Shown here: positions 17,977-27,893 of the stretch, in pieces
Layout: each line of letters starts with the position of its first letter
How positions within the stretch are numbered: position 1 is the stretch's first letter
NCBI GenBank assembly: GCA_024680795.1
Contig: JAILBR010000030.1
Coordinates: 7,594-71,593 of the forward strand
DNA: 64,000 nucleotides
Origin: Bacilli bacterium
GTDB taxonomy: Bacteria; Bacillota_I; Bacilli_A; RFN20; CAG-826
Direction: 5' to 3'
Position numbers and translations under genes: made by a program
The notes under the pieces: generated by a model
The model's database searches: none
Seen by the model: only the letters and a program-made list of their open reading frames with translations
Told to the model about the DNA's origin: nothing

Positions 17977-19557
17977 TTATTTTTCTTTACGTTTTTGCTT
18001 GAGTAGGAAGAAACCAAGAATTGAGGTGGAAGAGAGGAATATTGAGGTCGAGACAATTTGACCTCCACAGAAGGTTTGATAGCCAATTGGATCAGAGCCT
18101 CCTCTACTGACTGTGACCTTACATTCAGTGGTTAAGTCCCCTATTTTTGCGGTGATAGTGGCAGTGCCTGTTTTTACCGCGGTTACTTTTCCATTTCGAT
18201 CAACCCCAACAATTGTGTAATCGCTAGAAGTGAATGTGACTTCGCTAGCAGCATCTGCTGGGTCGGTGGTGGCTACTAATGTTTCGCTACTACCAATCAC
18301 TAACTCCAATGAAGATTTATTAAGCGTTAATGATGTAGCGGTTTGTGGTTCTTTAGGTTCATATTCTAGTAATGCCTTGACATTAAGGGCGCCATAACCA
18401 AATGTTGTATCCCATCCGCTAGTACCGATGTCATTAGCGGTATTAAATAGAGCCTCTTCAAATTGATTAGGAGTGCCATCAGGATATTTTTCTTTCCATA
18501 AAGCAGCTGCTCCAACGATAACTGGGCAAGAGAAAGAAGTTCCACTTTGAACGTCATATGTGGATTGTGCTCTTCCTCTCATTCCTTGATAACTTGGAAC
18601 AACAACGGTTCCAGGAGCGGTAACGTCAACTGATGGATTTGTGTCTGGGGTATCAGTTTTGAGATTATAGTTTGAATAATTTGCTTTTGTGGTGCCACTA
18701 TTTTCTTCTAGTGCGCCAACACCAATCACATAATCGTTGCATGTTGGATAGGAGTGTGTGTCTGTGCATTCGTTACCAGCTGCGGCAACAAGAATGACTC
18801 CATGTTCATGTGCGTAGTTGAGCCCTTCTACCATCGAAGATTCTGCTTCAGGGAAATAATCCTCCCCTATTTGATTGTACATGGTGTGTGTTTGCCCATC
18901 AAAATATGGCTCTGCATAAGCACCAAAAGACATATTAATGACATCTGCTCCCTCTTCAACTGCATATTTGATGGCAGCGTTAATCGAATTATCATCAAAG
19001 TCGCATTTTAAAACTAGAAGTGTGCAATCATAGGCTATACCAACTGTACCGGTATTATTTTTTCTAGCACCAATAACGCCTGCTGTACCGCTTCCATGGT
19101 CTTCATATGCACGAGTGTCTCGATCATAATCATGAGTGATAAAGGCAGTGCCAATATCGTGTTTTACCACATATGGCGAATCATAATCATCATTTTCATA
19201 TTCGGTATAAAAATATCCGCTTCTATCGCTTATCGCGCCTTGAAAATCAGGATGATCGATATCAATACCACTGTCAATAACAGCGACAACCACGTCTTTA
19301 CCTGTATAAGTGTTCCATATTGTTTCGATATCACCGATGTGGTTAAACATTATCTTTTGTGATTTTCTGTTCACCTTACTTACTCCAGTATAATATGGGT
19401 CTTGTGGTGAAATAGCGGGAACATATTTAATCCTTCCTGTTGCTCTACCTCTCAAATAAACGTTACTATCGCTTTTTGTAGCGGCATAAGTAAAGCATGG
19501 AACAGAGACTGCTCCTAGGATTGCTAATAACGATAAACACTTAATACTCTTTCTCAT
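17977..19557 (-). CDS. Subtilisin-like serine protease (S8) with Big_2 domain and C-terminal membrane anchor
   Basis: Catalytic triad contexts VAVIDSGID (Asp), HGSGTAGVIGA (His) and SGTSFSCPVIVGAAAL (Ser). Has an N-terminal signal peptide and a C-terminal hydrophobic segment followed by KQKRKEK. Confidence 0.9.
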   Translation of the reverse strand: MRKSIKCLSLLAILGAVSVPCFTYAATKSDSNVYLRGRATGRIKYVPAISPQDPYYTGVSKVNRKSQKIMFNHIGDIETIWNTYTGKDVVVAVIDSGIDIDHPDFQGAISDRSGYFYTEYENDDYDSPYVVKHDIGTAFITHDYDRDTRAYEDHGSGTAGVIGARKNNTGTVGIAYDCTLLVLKCDFDDNSINAAIKYAVEEGADVINMSFGAYAEPYFDGQTHTMYNQIGEDYFPEAESSMVEGLNYAHEHGVILVAAAGNECTDTHSYPTCNDYVIGVGALEENSGTTKANYSNYNLKTDTPDTNPSVDVTAPGTVVVPSYQGMRGRAQSTYDVQSGTSFSCPVIVGAAALWKEKYPDGTPNQFEEALFNTANDIGTSGWDTTFGYGALNVKALLEYEPKEPQTATSLTLNKSSLELVIGSSETLVATTDPADAASEVTFTSSDYTIVGVDRNGKVTAVKTGTATITAKIGDLTTECKVTVSRGGSDPIGYQTFCGGQIVSTSIFLSSTSILGFFLLKQKRKEK

Positions 19558-19619
19558 ATCTAATCAATTATTATATATTGTTTTTTCAAAAAATGAAAAA
19601 AAGATGATACTATTAAACT

Positions 19620-20294
19620 ATGTCAACAGTGTCTAGAGGCAATAAAGGTGAGAAGGCTGTCATCACCAAATTAAAGCATGAAAAGAAGTATCATCGCGTG
19701 ATAAATGATGCAATTTTTTTGACGGAAAAAAGTGAGATGACTCACCAAATTGATCATATTCTTATCCACCCTCATGGTGTATTTGTCATCGAAACAAAAA
19801 ACTATTTCGGAACAATAATTTCCGATACAGGTGAACCATTTTGGATTAAAGAAATTAGAGGAGAAAGAACAAAAATTTCTAACCCGTTGACTCAAAATAA
19901 GAGTCACGCGAAAATCATCAATCGCATTTTAGAAAAGAAATATGATGTCGTTCCAGTCGTGGTGTTTGTAAAGAATAACGCCCCATACATGGGCGATGAA
20001 AATGTTATTAATCTCAAAGATTTAATTTTATTCATCGAATCATACCCTTATATAAAAATATTAGATAGGAAAGAGATAGATGAGATTTACAAAGTGATAA
20101 AAGCCAATATTGCAAAAATTAGTAAATCCGAACATGTTAAAAACATAGGTTACCTAAAACAAATCAATGATGAGCTTAGGCAAGAAAAGGAATATGCGAT
20201 TGAAACCAGGACTTGTCCAAGGTGTGGTGGAAGAATAATTGAGAAGAATCTTATCTTTAATTGTGATAGATGCGATTTTAAATTTAGAATTTAA
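19620..20294 (+). CDS. NERD-domain protein with C-terminal zinc ribbon
   Basis: HQIDHILIHPHGVFVIETKNY NERD core; CPRCGGRI...CDRCDFKF zinc ribbon. Confidence 0.85.
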   Translation: MSTVSRGNKGEKAVITKLKHEKKYHRVINDAIFLTEKSEMTHQIDHILIHPHGVFVIETKNYFGTIISDTGEPFWIKEIRGERTKISNPLTQNKSHAKIINRILEKKYDVVPVVVFVKNNAPYMGDENVINLKDLILFIESYPYIKILDRKEIDEIYKVIKANIAKISKSEHVKNIGYLKQINDELRQEKEYAIETRTCPRCGGRIIEKNLIFNCDRCDFKFRI

Positions 20295-20430
20295 ATGTGA
20301 TTCAGTCTAACTATTTGAACTACATAAAAAAATTAGATATGAAAATAAAATTTTCACATGTATAATATAATCTTCCGTAAAAAGAAAGTTATATTTAAAA
20401 TATACATAGAATAAAACAAGAGGTAGGAAA

Positions 20431-23067
20431 ATGAAAAAAATCTTAAAAGCGATCCCGATAGCTATTTTTGGCCTCCTTATTTCTGCATGTGGTCAACCTA
20501 TCAACAATAATGGTGGCCAACAAGGCGATGACCAACAACAAAGTGGCGATCAAGCTACATTATCAAGTATCGAAGTCACAACAAAACCAACTAAAGTATC
20601 TTATAAGGTTGGTGAAGCTTTTGATTCTACTGGTATGGTTGTCACAGCAAAGTATAGTGATAATTCCACAAAGGTAGTTACTGATTATTTAATCAGCAAT
20701 GTAAACACATCAGCTGCCGGAGAAGTGACTGTTAAAGTTGTTTATGAAGGCAAAGAAGCAACCTTTACTATCACTGTTACCGCTCAAGGCTCTGAAGAGG
20801 GTCAAGGTGGCCAACAAGGCGGAGAAGGTTCTGGTGAAGGATCTGGCGAAGGCCAACAAGGTGGCGAAGGATATGATGAAGGACAAGGTGGCGAGCAACA
20901 ACAAGTTACTCTTTCCAGCATCTCAGTTACTTCAATGCCAACCAAAGTTTCTTATAAAGTTGGAGAATCATTCGAATCAGCTGGTTTAGTTGTAACCGCA
21001 AAATATAGTGATAACTCTACAAAAGCAGTCACAGGTTACCAATTATCTGGCTTCAGTTCTTCTTCTGCTGGTGAAAAGACTATTACTGTTACTTATCAAG
21101 GAAAAACCACAACATTTAAAGTTACAGTTGTAGAAGATACTAAACCAACTGTTTCTGGTGTAGTTGATAAACTAACTAACGCTTCAACAGAAGTTTCTGG
21201 TTCAAGATATGAAAACTGGACATATACAGGTACATCTGGAACAAAATATGCTGGTAGATCAGCGGGTAGTGACAGTACTATACAGTTAAGAAGCAAGAAC
21301 TCTGATTCTGGTATCTATACAACATATTCAGTTGGCAATGTTACGAATGTAACAGTTGTCTGGAATTCTAAATCCGAAAATGGTAGAACATTAAATGTTT
21401 ATGGTAGCAATAATCCATATACAAGTGTTGAAAGTTTGTATTCTGGTCAAGCTGGAAAGAAACTTGGCACTATTGTTAATGGAACAAGCACAACTTTAAA
21501 CATTTCTGAAGAATATCAATATGTGGCTGTTAGAATGGAAAGCGGTGCAGCATACTTCGATTCTATTTCCTTTACTTGGGGTGATCCAGAACCAGTTGAT
21601 CCAACTAACATTTCTATCACTTCAACATTAGAAATTGCTCAAGGAAAGTCAAAGACTTTAAGCGTTGAATATACACCTGCAAACGCAAATCAAAATAAAG
21701 ATATTAAATGGGAAAGTTCAAACACAGCAGTCGCAACTGTTAGCGATGGCGTTGTTTCTGTTAAATCAGACGCTACCATCGGAGCAACTGCAGTTATTAC
21801 TGCATCATTAGTTAACTTCCCAACAATTAAATCAACATGTACTGTTACAGTTACAGAATTAAAATTAGATAAAATGACTCTCTTGTTCTATATCTGCGGT
21901 TCTACCCTTGAAAGTGATGGTGCATCTACTAAAGATGGCTGTGCAACCGATGACTTACAAGAAATCTTAGCTGTTGCTGGTCAACCTGATAGTGTTAACA
22001 TCGCGGTTGAAACCGGTGGTGCTAAGAAATGGGAATCTACATTAGGTATTAAGAATACTGAATTAGGCAGATGGCATGTCGAAAATAAAAAGCTTGTCAA
22101 AGATGGATCAGTTGCAAATGCTTCAATGGGTGAAGCGTCAACATTACAAAGCTTCCTCGAATGGGGTATTCAAGAATATCCAGCTGAAAAATATGGCTTA
22201 TTCATGTGGAACCATGGTGGCGCTATGGATGGCTGTTGCTTCGATGAAAACTTTAGTGATGATGGTTTAACCAATCCTGAAGTTTATGAAGCTGTTACAA
22301 AAGCTAGAAGCACATGTGGCTTAAGTGAAAAATTAGAATTCATCGCTTACGATGCATGCTTAATGGCGGTTCAAGATGTTGCTGAATATAATTCACATAA
22401 CTTCAACTACATGCTTTCATCTCAAGAATCTGAATGGGCAGGTGGTTATGATTACGATGCATGGTTACCAGCGTTATACAATAATCCAAGCATTTCCACA
22501 GTCAGTTTATTAACTGAAATCGGAAGCACATTCTTAGCAGAACAATCAAGTGATAACCACGAAGATCAAACTCAATCAGTCTTAGATCTATCAAAGATGG
22601 CTGATTATAAAACTGCATGGGAGGATATGGCTGCTGGATTAAAAGGTATAGTTACATCTGCAAGTAAATGGACTTCATTTGCTAATAAGATCAATACAGT
22701 TAAAAAATATGGTCAATACACAGATGATTACGGAAATCCTGATTCGGAATATGAAAACTATAATGATGCATATGTCTATGACATCTTTGATGTTAAAGGC
22801 GCATTAACAGCCCTTAAAGGTGATTCAACTTATTCATCTATTTCTGATAAGATTGATGCAGTACTAACCGAATTAGCTAAAGTTGTTGTTTGGGAAAGCC
22901 ATGGCACACAAATGTCTGGAAGTAATGGCTTATGTCTATTCTGCCCAATCAGCGGTTATAACTTATGTGAGCCAACTTCTAAATATGAAGCCAATTATGG
23001 CGCAAAAGATACTAACTTCACAGTTTGGAGAGAATTCGTCGTCCAATACGGAAGCTGGTATAACTAA
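20431..23067 (+). CDS. Surface lipoprotein with Ig-like repeats and a clostripain-like (C11) cysteine peptidase domain
   Basis: Lipobox LLISAC. Carries two about 75-aa Ig-like repeats (LSSIEVTTKPTKVSYKVGEAFDSTGMVVTAKYSDNSTK / LSSISVTSMPTKVSYKVGESFESAGLVVTAKYSDNSTK), a Big_2 domain, and the C11 His/Cys contexts FMWNHGGAMDG and FIAYDACLMA. Confidence 0.8.
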   Translation: MKKILKAIPIAIFGLLISACGQPINNNGGQQGDDQQQSGDQATLSSIEVTTKPTKVSYKVGEAFDSTGMVVTAKYSDNSTKVVTDYLISNVNTSAAGEVTVKVVYEGKEATFTITVTAQGSEEGQGGQQGGEGSGEGSGEGQQGGEGYDEGQGGEQQQVTLSSISVTSMPTKVSYKVGESFESAGLVVTAKYSDNSTKAVTGYQLSGFSSSSAGEKTITVTYQGKTTTFKVTVVEDTKPTVSGVVDKLTNASTEVSGSRYENWTYTGTSGTKYAGRSAGSDSTIQLRSKNSDSGIYTTYSVGNVTNVTVVWNSKSENGRTLNVYGSNNPYTSVESLYSGQAGKKLGTIVNGTSTTLNISEEYQYVAVRMESGAAYFDSISFTWGDPEPVDPTNISITSTLEIAQGKSKTLSVEYTPANANQNKDIKWESSNTAVATVSDGVVSVKSDATIGATAVITASLVNFPTIKSTCTVTVTELKLDKMTLLFYICGSTLESDGASTKDGCATDDLQEILAVAGQPDSVNIAVETGGAKKWESTLGIKNTELGRWHVENKKLVKDGSVANASMGEASTLQSFLEWGIQEYPAEKYGLFMWNHGGAMDGCCFDENFSDDGLTNPEVYEAVTKARSTCGLSEKLEFIAYDACLMAVQDVAEYNSHNFNYMLSSQESEWAGGYDYDAWLPALYNNPSISTVSLLTEIGSTFLAEQSSDNHEDQTQSVLDLSKMADYKTAWEDMAAGLKGIVTSASKWTSFANKINTVKKYGQYTDDYGNPDSEYENYNDAYVYDIFDVKGALTALKGDSTYSSISDKIDAVLTELAKVVVWESHGTQMSGSNGLCLFCPISGYNLCEPTSKYEANYGAKDTNFTVWREFVVQYGSWYN

Positions 23068-23260
23068 TACACTAATATCCAAAACAAGCGGGATATGTTG
23101 GGTTATTGAAACTTAATTCAACTCCCGCTTTTCTTTTTGAGCAGCGTAATATAGCTAAAATAATGTGTTCATTTATTAATCCATCGATAGATGTTTTTAC
23201 AAATAGTCATGATTATTTATACGCATATTGGTATAATAAGAAAACGAAAGTAAAAAAGAG

Positions 23261-25327
23261 ATGAAAAAACGATTTATATTCTTGCCTATCATATTAAGTA
23301 CGCTTCTATTAAGTAGTTGCTCTTTTCATGATTATTTTGTGACTAGATTAACTTCTATCACCGTCACTGATGAAACAAGATATTACGCTGCGGGCGATAC
23401 ATATCTTAATGAAGCTGAACTAACAATTATTGGAAAATACAATAACGGCAAGAGCAAAGAATTTACCATTGAAGATATGGAATCAAACTCTCTTGTTAAA
23501 GGAGAAACATCTTATAATCCAGCCCACCCTTTTGCTGAAGCCGGAACTTATCAATTCATTGTTAAATATGATGGAGTGGAATCTACACCGATCGATATTA
23601 ATGTTTTAAGTGAACATAAATATGTCACATCTATTAAAATAGATGGTCCAACCGAATTAGAATCTAAACAAAATGGATCTTATACTGTGGCTGTTTCCCC
23701 AAGCGATTACACAACAAAATTAGTTATTACTTCAAGTAATGAGAATGCTTTCCAAATTGAAGAGACTGATACTGGTTTTAATGCTTATGCTTTAAAAGCA
23801 GGAAATTATAACTTAATTGCTCAATCTAAGAGCAGTAAAGACACAACTATATCTGACTCGATTGATGTTAATGTTATTGCTTCTGCTCCATTAGTGAACA
23901 TGAAGCAAACATATAATGATTATGTCAAGAATCACGTCTATAACCTTAGTGCTTGTCCATTATCTGGCGAGCCAAGATTATTAGTTATTCCAATTTGGCT
24001 AACGGATTCTTCTAAATACATTAAAAAGGATCGAGAGAATGTTAGAAATGATATTGAGAAAGTATATTTCGGCACTAAAAATGAAACTGGATGGAATAGT
24101 GTTGCTACATATTATAATGAGGAAAGTTTAGGCAAGATTAGTCTAAAAGGAACAGTGGCAAATTGGTACGAATGTGGCCGCTCTGTCAATGAAATCGGAC
24201 AAGAAAAGTTTGATACAGCAGGTTTAGTTAAAGAAGCAGTAAACTGGTATTTTGCTAATAACCCATCCGATAGCAGAAGTAATTATGACCTCGATAACGA
24301 TAAATATTTAGATGGCGTTATTCTCATTTACGCTGCGCCTGATTATCAACAAAAAGGTTTTGAAAAATATGAAAATCTTTGGGCTTTCACATACTGGATT
24401 CAAGGAACTACAGTTTCTAATATTGTTCCTAATGTTTTCTTCTGGGCTAGTTATGACTTTATTTATGGCTCATCAACCGCGTTAAAAAGAACGGGTAGCT
24501 ATTATTATAATGGTGACACCAATAACTGTAATTTAGATGCTCATACATTTATCCATGAGATGGGACATGTCTTTGGCTTAGATGATTATTATGATTATGG
24601 TCAACAATATGACCCAGCTGGTGGTTTCTCCATGCAAGACTATAATGTTGGGGGACATGATCCATATTCTGTTTTATCTTTTGGCTGGGCAGATGCTTAT
24701 ATTCCTTCTGAATCCGTTACAATCACTATAAGTGAATTTGTTAAGACCCATGACTTAATTCTTTTAAGTGAACATTATAATTCATATGATTCTCCATTTG
24801 ATGAATACTTCTTATTAGAGTTATATTCTCCAAATGGTTTGAACGAATTTGATGTTGAACATAGATATTGTTCTAGATTCCCAACTGGTTTAAATAAAGC
24901 TGGCATAAGGCTATGGCACGTTGATGCAAGATTAGCAAAATCACTAAACGGATATTCCTTCTCCCTTGCTGGATCTAATGTTAAAACCGGAAACATTAAA
25001 ACTGCAATGTCTAATACCTACTATAATGAATCTAAAATTGCAGAAATTAAGAATTATTTATCATGTCTAGGCGCTCAATATTATGATTTTAATCTTTTAC
25101 AACTAATTAGAAATAACACGAGTCTTACCTATCAACCACGTGGTGATGTGAAGAATAGTGATTTATTCCGTCAAGGTGATTCATTCAATATCAGTTCATA
25201 TAGCAAACAATTTAAAAACGCCACCAAGTTTAATAATGGTGACGATATTAGATGGAGCTTTACAGTTGATAAGATTGAACTAGTCAATGGTATCGCTAAC
25301 GCTACTCTGACTTTGACTCATCAGTAG
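23261..25327 (+). CDS. Surface lipoprotein, zinc metalloprotease (M6/immune-inhibitor-A-like HEXXH domain)
   Basis: Lipobox LLLSSC, Ig-like N-terminal domains, and HTFIHEMGHVFGLDDYYDY (HEXXH followed by the GLxDxYD motif seen in M6 proteases). Confidence 0.8.
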   Translation: MKKRFIFLPIILSTLLLSSCSFHDYFVTRLTSITVTDETRYYAAGDTYLNEAELTIIGKYNNGKSKEFTIEDMESNSLVKGETSYNPAHPFAEAGTYQFIVKYDGVESTPIDINVLSEHKYVTSIKIDGPTELESKQNGSYTVAVSPSDYTTKLVITSSNENAFQIEETDTGFNAYALKAGNYNLIAQSKSSKDTTISDSIDVNVIASAPLVNMKQTYNDYVKNHVYNLSACPLSGEPRLLVIPIWLTDSSKYIKKDRENVRNDIEKVYFGTKNETGWNSVATYYNEESLGKISLKGTVANWYECGRSVNEIGQEKFDTAGLVKEAVNWYFANNPSDSRSNYDLDNDKYLDGVILIYAAPDYQQKGFEKYENLWAFTYWIQGTTVSNIVPNVFFWASYDFIYGSSTALKRTGSYYYNGDTNNCNLDAHTFIHEMGHVFGLDDYYDYGQQYDPAGGFSMQDYNVGGHDPYSVLSFGWADAYIPSESVTITISEFVKTHDLILLSEHYNSYDSPFDEYFLLELYSPNGLNEFDVEHRYCSRFPTGLNKAGIRLWHVDARLAKSLNGYSFSLAGSNVKTGNIKTAMSNTYYNESKIAEIKNYLSCLGAQYYDFNLLQLIRNNTSLTYQPRGDVKNSDLFRQGDSFNISSYSKQFKNATKFNNGDDIRWSFTVDKIELVNGIANATLTLTHQ

Positions 25328-26258
25328 GTTCTTCTTTAGAAGAATACTTAGTTTCGAGTCGAGTTAATAAATAAGATAATATTATAAAGATGATAAATAG
25401 AGCTATGCCGAGAGGTATCTCTATTTCTTTTTTAAGTGGCATAACTGCGCCAGCTGCCCATAGTTCGTAATACTTCCAGATATCAAAATTGATGAACAAG
25501 GCAATAACACTGCCAACCACAAATCCGATGATGGCAAAGAATGTGACATCACGATATTTAGATAATAGGAATGACATCAATTTTGAGATGAAGAAGAATC
25601 CAACAATAACCCCAATAGCAAAACAACCTAATATAGCGATTTGATTACCAAAGTTAGACCAATCACCCGCTAGACAGTTTTTTGCAGTAGCAACTGTGCT
25701 TTCAATAAGAGGGGTGTAAAAACCTAATAAAACAAGCATCATGCTACCAGAAATGCCAGGAACCACCAAAGCAAAGCTAGCAACAACTCCAACAGGGATC
25801 AAAACAAAATAGAACCAAATAGGAGTGTTGGTGAAGAATTGACCAACATCATTTTGAGAAACAACACTAGCTACGCCTAACCCAGCTGCGATTAAAAATG
25901 CCACCACTAAAGCGATAATGTGTTTAGCTTTAACTGGAACTTCTTTTACTTCTTTAGTTAATTTTGGGATTGAGCCAACGATAAAACCTGCAAATACACA
26001 GACAATTCCGAATAGGAAATTTGCTAACGCTTTATCCATGAGAATAATAGTAGGGATGACTCCGATTACGATGCCTAAAACGATAGGGAATAAAATCTTA
26101 AACGCTTCTTTAAAATGCTTGAAGAGATTGCTGATTGACCAAATGAGTTTTTCATAGACATTAAAAATAACAGCAACTGTACCACCAGAAACACCTGGGA
26201 TGCCGCTTCCTACCCCAATTCCAATTCCACTAAGAAATTTCTTAAACCATTCTTTCAT
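25302..26258 (-). CDS. DUF368-family membrane protein (candidate undecaprenyl-phosphate translocase, PopT-like)
   Basis: GIGVGSGIPGVSGGTVAVI and PGISGSMMLVLLG repeated DUF368 motifs; polytopic. The 3' end overlaps the convergent protease gene by 26 nt. Confidence 0.85.
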   Translation of the reverse strand: MKEWFKKFLSGIGIGVGSGIPGVSGGTVAVIFNVYEKLIWSISNLFKHFKEAFKILFPIVLGIVIGVIPTIILMDKALANFLFGIVCVFAGFIVGSIPKLTKEVKEVPVKAKHIIALVVAFLIAAGLGVASVVSQNDVGQFFTNTPIWFYFVLIPVGVVASFALVVPGISGSMMLVLLGFYTPLIESTVATAKNCLAGDWSNFGNQIAILGCFAIGVIVGFFFISKLMSFLLSKYRDVTFFAIIGFVVGSVIALFINFDIWKYYELWAAGAVMPLKKEIEIPLGIALFIIFIILSYLLTRLETKYSSKEEPTDESKSE

Positions 26259-26308
26259 TGCGTATGAATGATAACAAAGTCATTTTTTCTTTTCAACAAA
26301 AAAGAGAC

Positions 26309-27196
26309 TTAGTAAGCCTCCTTTGCAACATAGAATACGGCAAGTGATTTTGGACCGATGTGTGCTCCTGAAATAATGTCGTAATCATATATTTCAATGT
26401 TGGAAATTCCTTCTTTTTCCAGCAAATCCTTCATTTTTTCCGCTTCTTCTATGTCATCGCAGTGCGTGATATAAACAACTTGTTCAACGTCTTTATCAAT
26501 GTTTTCAGTCACTGTGCTAACCAGTTTTTTAATCGCTGATTCTTTTCCTTTTGCGGTTCCAGCAAGCGCTATTCTTGAATGCTCATTTCTTTTAAGCAGG
26601 ATTTTGATGTTCAAGAAATTAGCAAATCTTCCTAGTGTTTTTAATACTCTTCCTGTTTTGAGCAGGAATCTAATGTCGTCTACTGTAAAGTCGCTTCTGA
26701 CATAGTGTTTATAATCTTCTAATTCTTTAATAACTTCTTCGAAATCTTTATCACCGTTTTTGACTAATTCATATGCGTGTATAACTTGGAGCCCTTCTCC
26801 AAAGCCGGCGGTCATGCTATCAATAACTTCAACTTCTTTACTTCCACATTCATCATTAATCATGTCTCTAGCGATACATGCTGATTGATATGTACCTGAA
26901 ATACCTGACGCCATTGTATAACAGATGACCTTATAACCTTTATCTATTTCTTCTTTGAAAGCTTCATAGTATTCGCCAGTGCTAACTAAAGAGGTTTGAA
27001 CTTTGCTTTTTCCTTCTGATAGCATCTGGAAATATGTCTTTGAAAATTCGCGTATATCTTTAATGTCGTCGTAAACTCTATATTCTTTTTCATCTATTCT
27101 AAGATGAACGTTCATAATGCGTACATATAGGCCTTTGTTTTCTTGTATGTCATTAAATAAATTGCTAACCGCGTCTGCTATAATTTTGATTTTCAA
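26309..27196 (-). CDS. DegV-family fatty-acid-binding protein (FakB-like)
   Basis: 295 aa with typical DegV layout (MKIKIIADAVSNL N-terminus, SGISGTYQSA motif). Confidence 0.85.
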   Translation of the reverse strand: MKIKIIADAVSNLFNDIQENKGLYVRIMNVHLRIDEKEYRVYDDIKDIREFSKTYFQMLSEGKSKVQTSLVSTGEYYEAFKEEIDKGYKVICYTMASGISGTYQSACIARDMINDECGSKEVEVIDSMTAGFGEGLQVIHAYELVKNGDKDFEEVIKELEDYKHYVRSDFTVDDIRFLLKTGRVLKTLGRFANFLNIKILLKRNEHSRIALAGTAKGKESAIKKLVSTVTENIDKDVEQVVYITHCDDIEEAEKMKDLLEKEGISNIEIYDYDIISGAHIGPKSLAVFYVAKEAY

Positions 27197-27276
27197 TTTA
27201 TAATGCCTCCATATGTCAAATCAATTTAATATACTACTTTATTCCAAAATAATAAATATGATATATTATTTTCACT

Positions 27277-27828
27277 ATGAAACTAATCGTTGGTTTAGGC
27301 AATCCAGGCAAAAAATATGAACATACCCGCCACAACATGGGATTTGATGCTGTGGATCTTTTTGCTGACCTTGCCAAGATTGACGTTGATAAAGATATCT
27401 TTAAAGGACTACTTGGTAGAGGTAAAGTGTTAGAGCATGATGTGATGGTATTAAAACCACAAACATTCATGAATCTTTCTGGCGAATCAGTCCGTGCAGT
27501 CATGGATTATTTCAAGATTGATATTGATGATATTGTCGTTGTTTTTGATGATATGGCTTTGCCAGTTGGCAAAATAAGACTTAGAGCAAATGGTTCCAGT
27601 GGTGGACATAAAGGTATGCAAAATATCATCGACCATTTAGGAACAGATAAAATTAAAAGAATTAAGATTGGAATTGGAGAGCCAACATTTGATGCAATTG
27701 ATTATGTCTTAGGAAAGCCAAGTAAAGACGACGCCCCTCTAATTCAAGAAGCAATCGAAAAGGCCGTTGAGGCCTTAAAAGAATACTTAAAAAGAGACTT
27801 TGATGTTGCGATGAATAAATTTAATTAG
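27277..27828 (+). CDS. pth: Peptidyl-tRNA hydrolase
   Basis: LIVGLGNPGKKYEHTRHNMGF N-terminus, 183 aa, upstream of mfd. Confidence 0.95.
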   Translation: MKLIVGLGNPGKKYEHTRHNMGFDAVDLFADLAKIDVDKDIFKGLLGRGKVLEHDVMVLKPQTFMNLSGESVRAVMDYFKIDIDDIVVVFDDMALPVGKIRLRANGSSGGHKGMQNIIDHLGTDKIKRIKIGIGEPTFDAIDYVLGKPSKDDAPLIQEAIEKAVEALKEYLKRDFDVAMNKFN

Positions 27829-27893
27829 TTAAGGAGAAGATATAGACGAAGTTATTTGAAAAGCTAGCCACAAATAAAGCAATACCCCCCTAC

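Noticed and set aside
20790-20905. Repetitive GGTGAAGG/GGCCAACAAGG DNA, considered as a tandem repeat array or CRISPR-like structure
   Set aside because: It is in frame inside the C11 lipoprotein gene and encodes a Gly/Gln/Glu linker. It has no regular repeat-spacer periodicity.
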